In this document: piece by piece, positions 50,614-59,398 of the stretch | Position numbering within the stretch: the first letter of the stretch is position 1 | Layout: each line of letters begins with the position of its first letter | Source of the DNA: Aulosira sp. ZfuVER01 | GTDB taxonomy: Bacteria; Cyanobacteriota; Cyanobacteriia; Cyanobacteriales; Nostocaceae | Length of the DNA stretch: 64,000 nucleotides | Direction of reading: 5' to 3' | NCBI GenBank assembly: GCA_034530615.2 | Contig: JAVRCV020000062.1 | Location: 1-64,000 of the forward strand | The notes under the pieces: model-generated | The model's database searches: none | What the model was told of the DNA's origin: nothing | Seen by the model: only the letters and a program-made list of their open reading frames with translations | Program-made: the position numbers and the translations under genes

Positions 50614-53600
50614 ATGAGCGATGTCTACCGACAAGCCACTGGGCGCAAGAAAGCAGGTACATCCACTTTTTCAAATCCATCACTTGTCTCACCAACAAAT
50701 CCAACGCTGGCGAACCCAACAGGCGGTTTTGCGGTCACAAATCATGCTCCAGTCCCAACAGCAACTCAGGTATCAGCTGACTTTCAAGAAGCGCAGTCTG
50801 CTAGCGAGCAATTAACGGAAGCAGATGTCATTCAAGAAAAACCCCTTGCCCACGACATTAGTCGAATATCGCTGTTTCGTTCACAGGCACAATTCTCAAC
50901 AAGCCAACCTGAAAAAACTCATGAGCCGCTTACCTCAGAAATAGTGCAGCGTAAATGTGCTGCTTGTGAGGAGGAAGAGGAGGAACTGCAACGCACAATA
51001 GACACTCCGGTTATCCAACGAGATGAAACCAGCAGTTTACCACCAGTTCCCAACTACCAACTTTCTCCCCCTTCACTGCTGCAACCTCCTGACCCTGCTT
51101 CACGCTATGGGTTGGGTATGGATATGCATTTGCAACTCGATCCCCAGTTGCAAGCGGCAATGCAGCATATCCAGCAGCAGCTACATCCGGCATCGATTCG
51201 ACCTGCACTAAGTCAGATCAATTTAGGAGTTTTACCCGATCGGAGCAGTCCTAACACACCAAACCCCTTTGCTACCACAACTCCACCGCCTGCTTCGCCA
51301 CTTGTACCTGCGGGTGCGGGGCCAGAAACTCCCAGATCTGCCACAACCGGAGATTTACTGTCAGCGATTATGGCTGTGCCAGCAATTGATAGTGCTTTAA
51401 ATTCGTTGCAAACACAAGCAAGCGAACGCATATCTCAAGACTGGGGACGGTTAAGAACTGGTGAGCAGGTTGCTGTTGTCAGCACTACTGTATTGATTGG
51501 TGCTGGCGCACTTGCAGGTGTGCTTTCCGATCCCACCACTCGCCAATTCGCACTAAATCAATTGAATGGCAAAACCATACCTGTTCCTGGATTGAACTGG
51601 TTGCGCTTGGAGATGAATACAGGTGGCGATAACTTAATGTTAGGGATGCACGTTGATGTCGGACGCTTATTGCCATCCAGTTTAGGATTTGGGCCATCTT
51701 CTCCCAGTGCGATCGGTGGGCCGCCGCAACCTGAACCTGCTGTTCCCGGACAGCGCACGATCCAAAGAGTTGTAGATGTTCCAGAAGCAACTTCTGAGCC
51801 ATCAATTGGGCAGCGCATTCAACAGGCAGCATCTAGCGGTGGTAGCAGTTTAGACAAGGGCGTTCAGCAGCATTTAGAACAAAGCTTAGATACTGATTTA
51901 TCTGGTGTACAGATTCACACTAATACTGAAGCCGATCGCCTGAATAAATCGGTAAATGCGATCGCCTTTACTAGTGGCCAAGATATCTTTTTTAGTGCAG
52001 GTAGCTATAATCCCAGTTCGTCAGCAGGTAAGCATTTGATTGCCCATGAAGTGGTGCATACAGTACAGCAGGCGAACGGAGCAGTAACGGGGAAAGCTAC
52101 AAATGCAGGCATTTCCATCAGCGATCCATCAGATGCATTTGAACAGGAAGCAGAGCAAGTAGCCGATCGGGTAATGCGGATGCCAAAGGAGGCGATGCCT
52201 GCGGCGGGCTACGCCAACGCAACTCAGCAATCTCAGCCACCATCTCTGAGTCACAATTTCAGCAATATTTCGATTCTTGCTAAACATCAACCTAATGATG
52301 CTGCCAACCTTACAGATGTTAGCCAACAGCCAGTATCTTTGAACGTTGCCAACTCAACAGATAATCCTGTCAACACTAAGGTTGATGATACTGCTGTATC
52401 TCCTAAAATTCCTCCGAAAACAGAAACATTATCGAAAACTACCCCTGAGGATACTAATAACGCTGCACCTCAAGCTGGAGGTGCTGTGAAACCAGGAGCT
52501 AAATCAACTCCAGAGAGTAACAAGGGAGAGGCTGTATCCGGAGTGACAGGTGTACAGAGTATGCCAAGTAGTGGCGACATGGGAACTACGCCATCGCCAA
52601 CCCCCGCATTAGATACCAGCACTTCTGAAGGACTGCTGCAATCTTTAGGAAATACACCCGCTAGTGCCTTTAGTCAGGGTTTAACAACCGCCAAAGCTGC
52701 GAGTGCGCAAATTCAAAGCCAAGAAAAAGCCAACCTGGAGACTATTTTCCCGGAGGTCGATCAGCCAACAGGATTGCCACGCAAAGCTGGAGCGAACAAA
52801 GGTCCAGCAGTTACCTTAGAAACAGGTCAAGTTCCCCAACCCAAAGTTGCTGGCGGAGGAAATACAACTCAGACTGCTGATACTCATCATGAAGTAGCTC
52901 AAGGCCCATTACCAGGTAGTAAAGTGTCTACAGCTGCCTCCGAACCCAAAGATGATGAAGGTGGCAGTTGGTGGAACTGGCTATTTAACCGAGTTCGTAA
53001 TTTTCTTGGCTCTCTACCGACCAGCGATCCAGGTTTATCAACCTCTGCGGGTCCCCGTGAGCGAGTTGACCTAAGTGGAGAAGCCAATCCCAATCAAAAT
53101 TTACAGTATCAGCAAGAATCCGATCGCGAGGTTACGACTCGTAAGGCACAAGCCGACGCGGCTACAACGGCAGATTTTGGCGAAAACAACATTTTCCCCA
53201 CAATACCAACTCAAAAACTCCGACCGAACTATAAACCAACTCCTGCTCAAGGGGCAAAAGGTGGTCATGCTTTGAATCCGCCTGCCATATCAGATGAGAT
53301 GCGAATGAGCTTAGACCGAGATGCTTCTCCCTTGCTGCAAGAAAAAGTGAACGAGCAGCTAGAAGAACATCGCTTGAATCAAGCCACTTATCAAAAGCAA
53401 TCCCAACAGGCGCGTGCAGAAGGGCAACGTCGTATTGCCGAAGAAACTGAACAGACGCGATTGAAGCAAGAAGGAATGCGACAACAGGCGCGGACTGATG
53501 TGAATGCAGAACGGCAAAGATGGCAGGATGAAAACCTGAAAATTCAAGAGAAATATGCCTCCCAGTCAGACGCCAAGCGTTTGGAAATTGATCGGCAAAT

Positions 53601-55722
53601 TGGCGAAAAAGTTCAAACAACAGAACAACAAGCCGATCAAAAGTTTACAGAGGCGGAAACCCAAGCTGATGCTGCACGCCAAAAAGCAGAAGCGCAAGCA
53701 GCAGAGAAAAAACGAGAGGCCGATAACAGACCTCGCAGTTGGTGGGATCGAGTCAAAGGTGCTGTATCAGATGTGTTTGATAGCATTCGCTCGGCAGTGA
53801 ATGCCATTTTCGATGGTCTGCGCAAGATTGTTAAAGGAATTATTGATGCTGCCAAAGCCGCTGTACGCATACTAATTGATGCTGCACGAAGTGCGATCGT
53901 TGGGCTGATCAAAGGATTTGGGGAATTTGTTAAAGGTCTAGTTAGTGTTGCCTTATTCGCCTTTCCCGAAACCGCCGCCAAAGCCAGAGCTTGGATTGAT
54001 GACAAAGTTGACAAATCTGTTGATGCCGTTAATGCCGCAGCTGAAGCCTTAAAACGCGCGACAGATGCGATTTTAGATGCAGTCGGTCTAGCTTTAGATA
54101 CAGCACTGTCGGTAGTTCAAAGTTCCTTCAACTTGATGCTTGATGGGCTAGAGTTTCTAGCAAAACTTCCCTTCGAGGCGATCGCAGCTTTAGCAAAACT
54201 ATGGGAGTGGTTGAAAGAACACAGTCAATTCTTAGAAGGAGCGCAAAAACTCTATGATGACCCCAACTCGGTAATTGAGGGTATCAAAGCAGCTTTGGGC
54301 GAGAAGATTGCCGAAGTTCCTGGCCAAGCTTATGCCTCAATTGAAGCTGAAGGGCAAAAGTTGGGCGGTTCTGCCCAAAAACATATTAAAGGAGTTTTGC
54401 GCCATTTAGACAAGGCACTGGAACATCTCAAAAATAACTGGTGGGAAGAAGTCAAAAAAACAGGCTGGAACCTTCTTTGGCCATGGCCCGCGGTTTGGAA
54501 AGATTTAAAAGAGATTTGGGCACAAATCAAATTAGGTGTTGCTAGCGCCAGCAAGCTAGAAATTAGCAACGCCATTGACTGCTATCTCAAAATGAGTCAA
54601 TTGATGAATGGCGTTTTAGGCAACCTTTACGGCTGGTTCTTCATTGGCTCAGTCTTGATTGGCGCTATCATCGGTGCTTTCTTCGGCGGTGCAGGTGCGC
54701 TCCCGGGAGCCTTAGCCGGAGCCGCTTTTGCGGGTGAAGTCGGAGAGGCATTAGTTATTGCCTTAGTAGCAACCGAAGGAGCAGTAATTGCCAAGTCTGT
54801 ATACGATCTCAGTACTGGAGAAAATACGCCACAGCAAGACGAGGAAGATTACAGTCACATTGCTGGTAGCACTTTAACACTGGCTATTACCGGAGCGCTC
54901 ATGCTCATTGGCGAGCTGGCTGCTAAACTGGCTAAATCTATCTGGGAGGGAGCTAAAGGTTTATTCAAGGGTGGTGAAGCACCAGAAGTTAAGGTTGGCG
55001 GTGGCGAACTACCCGAAGCCAAAGTAGACACCCCAGAGGTTAAGGGCGAAACTCCCGAGGTTAAAGGCGAATCTCCCGAAGTTAAAGGTGAAACTCCTGA
55101 GGTTAAAGGGGAATCACCAGAATCCAAAGGAGACGTTAAGAGCGAAACTCCTGAGTCTAAAGGTGAAATTACAGAACCTACAGCTGATGGTGAACATCAG
55201 TTAAAAGTTGCTGAAGATGGTTCAATTATCCGCTGTTCTAAGTGTCAGAGGATGCGAGATCTTTATAAAGAGGTATTAGACCAAAACCCTGAATTTAAGG
55301 AAAAACTTAAACAAATTGAAACTAAAGAAAATAGTTTAGATCCGAAAGTTAAGGAAAAAGCCTTGAAAGAGGCAGCCAAGTTAGAAAAAGCTATCGTGGA
55401 AGAAGGAATTACGAAAGGTTCTCAGCATTACTTCCCTGAGAAAAATTTAACTGGCTCTGGAAAGCACGGTCTAGATTGGACAGAGGGTCCCTCACGTGCA
55501 ATAGATACAGGTAATCCACAAGGAAAATTCGGAAGTTTGGAAGATGTTCACTTTGCGGTAGAAAAAGGAGCAGACCTTGGAGCAGGTAGTGAAGGCTTCT
55601 TTAACTTACCTGATGGTCATTCCTCGATTGTTTATATGCCAGATGGAAGTATAGTACCGGCTAATCAAATATTTGTGAAAGTTTATCCCAGCGGTAAGAT
55701 TCATGCTTATCCCCTACCTTAA
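50614..55722 (+). CDS. DUF4157 (eCIS core) domain polymorphic toxin-like protein
   Basis: GAGGAGG RBS before ATG 50614; DLSGVQIHT..AIAFTSGQDIFF..LIAHEVVHTVQQ DUF4157 signature; QR motifs, coiled coil, Gly-rich TM region, PEVKGE linker and distinct C-terminal domain. Confidence 0.85.
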   Translation: MSDVYRQATGRKKAGTSTFSNPSLVSPTNPTLANPTGGFAVTNHAPVPTATQVSADFQEAQSASEQLTEADVIQEKPLAHDISRISLFRSQAQFSTSQPEKTHEPLTSEIVQRKCAACEEEEEELQRTIDTPVIQRDETSSLPPVPNYQLSPPSLLQPPDPASRYGLGMDMHLQLDPQLQAAMQHIQQQLHPASIRPALSQINLGVLPDRSSPNTPNPFATTTPPPASPLVPAGAGPETPRSATTGDLLSAIMAVPAIDSALNSLQTQASERISQDWGRLRTGEQVAVVSTTVLIGAGALAGVLSDPTTRQFALNQLNGKTIPVPGLNWLRLEMNTGGDNLMLGMHVDVGRLLPSSLGFGPSSPSAIGGPPQPEPAVPGQRTIQRVVDVPEATSEPSIGQRIQQAASSGGSSLDKGVQQHLEQSLDTDLSGVQIHTNTEADRLNKSVNAIAFTSGQDIFFSAGSYNPSSSAGKHLIAHEVVHTVQQANGAVTGKATNAGISISDPSDAFEQEAEQVADRVMRMPKEAMPAAGYANATQQSQPPSLSHNFSNISILAKHQPNDAANLTDVSQQPVSLNVANSTDNPVNTKVDDTAVSPKIPPKTETLSKTTPEDTNNAAPQAGGAVKPGAKSTPESNKGEAVSGVTGVQSMPSSGDMGTTPSPTPALDTSTSEGLLQSLGNTPASAFSQGLTTAKAASAQIQSQEKANLETIFPEVDQPTGLPRKAGANKGPAVTLETGQVPQPKVAGGGNTTQTADTHHEVAQGPLPGSKVSTAASEPKDDEGGSWWNWLFNRVRNFLGSLPTSDPGLSTSAGPRERVDLSGEANPNQNLQYQQESDREVTTRKAQADAATTADFGENNIFPTIPTQKLRPNYKPTPAQGAKGGHALNPPAISDEMRMSLDRDASPLLQEKVNEQLEEHRLNQATYQKQSQQARAEGQRRIAEETEQTRLKQEGMRQQARTDVNAERQRWQDENLKIQEKYASQSDAKRLEIDRQIGEKVQTTEQQADQKFTEAETQADAARQKAEAQAAEKKREADNRPRSWWDRVKGAVSDVFDSIRSAVNAIFDGLRKIVKGIIDAAKAAVRILIDAARSAIVGLIKGFGEFVKGLVSVALFAFPETAAKARAWIDDKVDKSVDAVNAAAEALKRATDAILDAVGLALDTALSVVQSSFNLMLDGLEFLAKLPFEAIAALAKLWEWLKEHSQFLEGAQKLYDDPNSVIEGIKAALGEKIAEVPGQAYASIEAEGQKLGGSAQKHIKGVLRHLDKALEHLKNNWWEEVKKTGWNLLWPWPAVWKDLKEIWAQIKLGVASASKLEISNAIDCYLKMSQLMNGVLGNLYGWFFIGSVLIGAIIGAFFGGAGALPGALAGAAFAGEVGEALVIALVATEGAVIAKSVYDLSTGENTPQQDEEDYSHIAGSTLTLAITGALMLIGELAAKLAKSIWEGAKGLFKGGEAPEVKVGGGELPEAKVDTPEVKGETPEVKGESPEVKGETPEVKGESPESKGDVKSETPESKGEITEPTADGEHQLKVAEDGSIIRCSKCQRMRDLYKEVLDQNPEFKEKLKQIETKENSLDPKVKEKALKEAAKLEKAIVEEGITKGSQHYFPEKNLTGSGKHGLDWTEGPSRAIDTGNPQGKFGSLEDVHFAVEKGADLGAGSEGFFNLPDGHSSIVYMPDGSIVPANQIFVKVYPSGKIHAYPLP
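55033..55131 (+). repeat. 21-bp coding tandem repeat (PEVKGE[T/S])
   Basis: Four full units and one partial unit with synonymous variation. Confidence 0.9.
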
Positions 55723-55733
55723 AAGGAAAATCT

Positions 55734-56264
55734 ATGTATTTCGCAATTCAAGTTTCTAATCCTAAAGTGTTGCAACCCAATGACAAAGAATTTAATGATT
55801 TTGCAGAGCTTATAGAAGCTATTTTCCCAATGCAAACCGAAGATGTATTTTTGATATGGAATTGGGTACCTGTGCGACTTAACTATAAATATGATTTGAG
55901 CGTTATGATTGAAGACTTAATACCATTGTTAGCTAAGTTGATCGATTCTGATTCAGGTTCCCACAGAGTTTACTGGGGATCTAATACTTTCAGAGCAGAA
56001 TGGATAATCGATTGGGCTAATGGTCAGCTTAATATAGCTTCACAGTGGGATAGCATAGCCGGTAATTACGAAGAGTTACTAAATAGTCGCAGTAAGCTGG
56101 AGATATCTCAAGATCTATTCTTACGCGAATGGAAAGCTCTACTGAGAAAAATTGTTGAGTTAATTGATAATATGAATATTATTGTTACAGATACAGATAA
56201 TTTGAACAATCTTATTAAGATTGAAAACTCTATTCCTTTATTTAGCAAACGCTATTCTCAATAA
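55734..56264 (+). CDS. Putative immunity protein
   Basis: 176-aa acidic, Trp-rich, AT-rich ORF 11 bp after the toxin stop with its own AAGGA RBS. Confidence 0.65.
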   Translation: MYFAIQVSNPKVLQPNDKEFNDFAELIEAIFPMQTEDVFLIWNWVPVRLNYKYDLSVMIEDLIPLLAKLIDSDSGSHRVYWGSNTFRAEWIIDWANGQLNIASQWDSIAGNYEELLNSRSKLEISQDLFLREWKALLRKIVELIDNMNIIVTDTDNLNNLIKIENSIPLFSKRYSQ

Positions 56265-56331
56265 ATATTATTTTCAATTTTTGCTCGTGCAGAGCCTTTG
56301 GTGCGATCGCCTGTTACCATCTCAAACTAAC

Positions 56332-57042
56332 TTACTCAGATAACTCTCCAAATCTTTCCCGATAACGAGCTAATACAGCTTCCATTTCTGCAAGCTGTTG
56401 TTGAGCTTGTTGGCGCTGTTGCTGCTCCTGCTGTGCTACTTCTTCGGGTGTAGGTACAAGTTGTCCATCAGGAGTGAAAAAGCGCAGTTTCGATTGATGA
56501 ATCCCCAAATATAACTCTAATTGCTGACTCCATAACCAACCTGCTTCATTTGGTTGCAGTTGTTGATAACGACCATCTAATAAATGAAATCCCTTAAATT
56601 CTAAACTTTCTGGGTCAAACCAAAAATAGTCAGGAGTCCGCCAAATATCTTGATAGATTTCTTTCTTCAAGCCTCTATCAGTAGCAGCTGTTTTATCAGA
56701 AAGAATTTCTACGATCGCATTTGGATATTTACCATCTTCTTCCCAAACAACCCAGCTTTTGCGTGTTTTGCGTTCGGTATTTAAAACTACAAAGAAGTCT
56801 GGTCCTCTAAATTGCTCAGATTTACGCTGACGGGGACTGTAATATACTGTCATGTTGCCACAAGCGTAGAAATCCTGACGCTCTTTCCAGCACCATTCTA
56901 AACACTGTATCAACAGCAGTATTTGCCGCAAGTGTAGTTCTGTTTCCAAAGGCGGTTCATCACTGTATAAGTCGCCAGGAGGAAATATAACATCTTCTGG
57001 TGCGTCTTCTGAAATCATTGCTAAATCTTGAGCAGAAGACAT
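56332..57042 (-). CDS. Uma2/DUF820-family endonuclease-fold protein
   Basis: SDEPPLET, GPDFFVV, IVEILS and YFWFDP motifs with C-terminal coiled coil. Confidence 0.92.
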   Translation of the reverse strand: MSSAQDLAMISEDAPEDVIFPPGDLYSDEPPLETELHLRQILLLIQCLEWCWKERQDFYACGNMTVYYSPRQRKSEQFRGPDFFVVLNTERKTRKSWVVWEEDGKYPNAIVEILSDKTAATDRGLKKEIYQDIWRTPDYFWFDPESLEFKGFHLLDGRYQQLQPNEAGWLWSQQLELYLGIHQSKLRFFTPDGQLVPTPEEVAQQEQQQRQQAQQQLAEMEAVLARYRERFGELSE

Positions 57043-57196
57043 AATAATTTCTAATCTGCAACTATTTGGACAAGACAAATCTCATTTTACCTAATTAACT
57101 CACCTGAGGGTATTCTTAACTTAAGTCAATATTTGCATAGCTCCTAGGTGATTCGCTAGGCTATCTATATTCTAGTTATTCTGAGGCTTGCTATGT

Positions 57197-57682
57197 ATGG
57201 ATCTTGAAGGCAAAGCTACCGCTACGACTGCTACAGACAATGTGGAATTGCCATCTACTGCTACTCCTAAGCCTTTGGAATTGCTGCGGGATACAGAGGC
57301 TTTACTACGTCGCCCTGCTGTAGCAAAACTCGTGCCGATTTTACCACCCAAACTGAGCGACAAATTACAAACAGCCTCATCTGTTGCTGAGGAATCTTTA
57401 AAGGAACTAGCAGAAATTAACCTAGAGGGAATAGGTGACTTTGAACTGCGACCGGCAAGGATTCGTGTTGGTTTAAGCTTTGTCGGTTTTGGCGCACTGA
57501 TGATAATGATATTGTTGCTTCACTTGAAGACCTTAAATCTACAATTCAGTTCTGTTGAGAAGATGCAACAATTTTGGTATCAATATGTTTGGTTTGTCTG
57601 TTTGGGTGTAGCAGGAATGTTTATCTTGGGTCGAGAAGCTATGCGTCCGATCCGCAAGCGGCGAAAATTACAAAAACGCTAA
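57197..57682 (+). CDS. Hypothetical 2-TM membrane protein
   Basis: ORF with two C-terminal hydrophobic helices and a basic tail. Confidence 0.6.
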   Translation: MDLEGKATATTATDNVELPSTATPKPLELLRDTEALLRRPAVAKLVPILPPKLSDKLQTASSVAEESLKELAEINLEGIGDFELRPARIRVGLSFVGFGALMIMILLLHLKTLNLQFSSVEKMQQFWYQYVWFVCLGVAGMFILGREAMRPIRKRRKLQKR

Positions 57683-57762
57683 TATTTAAAAGTAAAGATA
57701 ATTTGCTAGTTTTAATAATGCCAAATGTGGCTGGGTATATACACCTGTGGGAGCCATTAGAT

Positions 57763-58632
57763 ATGAATCATGATGCTTTTATTGTTAAACCAGGATCGAA
57801 GATTTCTTTACAAAAGCAATACGACCCAGCCTATAAGGCTGATTATCAGCAAAAAAGTGATGCTGATGGCAAATTAGAAGCAGATATTCAACGACTAGCT
57901 TATTACCAAGATATTCTCTATGCCCAAAATACCTATGCATTGCTAATTATTTTTCAGGCAATGGATGCTGCTGGCAAAGACAGTACAATCAAACACGTAA
58001 TGTCTGGTGTTAATCCTCAAGGTTGTCAGGTATTTAGTTTTAAAGCACCAAGTGCAGAAGAATTAGATCATGATTACCTTTGGCGCTCAATGAAAGCCCT
58101 GCCAGAACGCGGTCGCATTGGGATATTTAACCGTTCATACTATGAAGAAGTATTAGTAGTACGTGTTCATCCAAAAATTCTCCAAAACCAGCAGCTTCCT
58201 CACTTTCCCAAGAAAAATCAGATCTGGGAACAGCGTTTTGAGGAAATCAATAACTTTGAAAAATATTTAGTAAATAATGGAATTATTATCCTGAAGTTTT
58301 TTCTGAATGTTTCCAAGTCAGAACAGAAAAAACGCTTTTTAGCGCGGATAGAGACACCTGAAAAACATTGGAAATTTTCTGCCAACGATGTCCGCGAACG
58401 GGCTTTTTGGGATGATTATATGATTGCTTATGAAGATGCTTTTCAGCAGACTAGTACTGAATGGGCACCTTGGTATATTATCCCTGCGGATCGCAAATGG
58501 TTTACACACCTCGCTGTTGCTGATATTATCTGCACAAAATTACAGGAATTGAATCTGAAATATCCTTCTGTAAGTGAGGAACATCAGCAGCAGCTTTTAC
58601 AAGCGAAACAAATGTTAGAAACCGAAGATTAA
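57763..58632 (+). CDS. ppk2: Polyphosphate kinase 2 family protein
   Basis: QAMDAAGKDS, FKAPS..E..HDYLWR, FNRSYYE and APWYIIPADRKW motifs; ATG at 57763. Confidence 0.92.
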   Translation: MNHDAFIVKPGSKISLQKQYDPAYKADYQQKSDADGKLEADIQRLAYYQDILYAQNTYALLIIFQAMDAAGKDSTIKHVMSGVNPQGCQVFSFKAPSAEELDHDYLWRSMKALPERGRIGIFNRSYYEEVLVVRVHPKILQNQQLPHFPKKNQIWEQRFEEINNFEKYLVNNGIIILKFFLNVSKSEQKKRFLARIETPEKHWKFSANDVRERAFWDDYMIAYEDAFQQTSTEWAPWYIIPADRKWFTHLAVADIICTKLQELNLKYPSVSEEHQQQLLQAKQMLETED

Positions 58633-58679
58633 AGGATTTTTTAAAGGCATTTATCAAAAATTTCAGTGAGAGCCAGCAA

Positions 58680-58735
58680 ATATAGAGTGAGTTTAAGCCG
58701 CTTCCAAGTGAATGTCGTTTAAAATCACTCTATAT
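58680..58735. terminator. Long hairpin between convergent genes
   Basis: ATATAGAGTGA..TCACTCTATAT inverted repeat. Confidence 0.5.
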
Positions 58736-58741
58736 AGTTAT

Positions 58742-58993
58742 TTAAGCGGGTATATCGTGTATACCTATCCACCCGTTTCTACTTTTGCGGTTACTTGAAA
58801 AAACATTTGTACTAGCTTTTTTCTGGTGTTGCAGGATTCTAGGTAAATCTTCTAATACTTCTTCGGATAATGAACTAGATTGTTTAGCCTGCAATACCGG
58901 CATTTCTTGCCAACAGCGGCGGCAGAACCAGTAAACTTCAGAACCGCGGATATGTTGTAATAGTAAATCAGAGCAGCAAGGACAGTAACTCAT
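58742..58993 (-). CDS. Small zinc-ribbon-like hypothetical protein
   Basis: CPCC..WFCRRCWQEMP; AAAGGA RBS. Confidence 0.75.
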   Translation of the reverse strand: MSYCPCCSDLLLQHIRGSEVYWFCRRCWQEMPVLQAKQSSSLSEEVLEDLPRILQHQKKASTNVFSSNRKSRNGWIGIHDIPA

Positions 58994-59398
58994 ATTTGTG
59001 AAATCCTTTTTATAAAGCAGGCTGAAGAATCTGGGTCTTGGGAATAAAGAGAAATAGTAAGTAGTGAGATATAAAAAACACTCTTGATTGCTTCACCATA
59101 ATTTTGAAATGTGAGGAACTTGTGAGGAAGGTTAACTTTTTTACTAGTTCGAGATATTTATATATATTTCGCAATACATCAATTAGATGTGTGATAGATG
59201 CACAGCCATAATCCAAGAAAAATTGTAGAGCTTGCTGATATTGCTGTGGTTCAGCTTGTTTAGCAGGGGAAATGGGATTCATTACATCCTCACAAGATCC
59301 TCAAATTATCTTCGTATAACCATAAGTGTGGGGCTTAAGAGCAGAAAAATTTACTACATAGCTCTTAAGTATCTCTATTTGTTCAAGGAATTTAAACC

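Noticed and set aside
51011..55127. Many short antisense or alternate-frame ORFs within the large toxin gene (and within other long genes)
   Set aside because: Shadow ORFs with no RBS or domain evidence
59010..59282. 90-aa minus-strand ORF
   Set aside because: No recognisable domain, and it overlaps the AT-rich divergent promoter region; at most a decayed fragment
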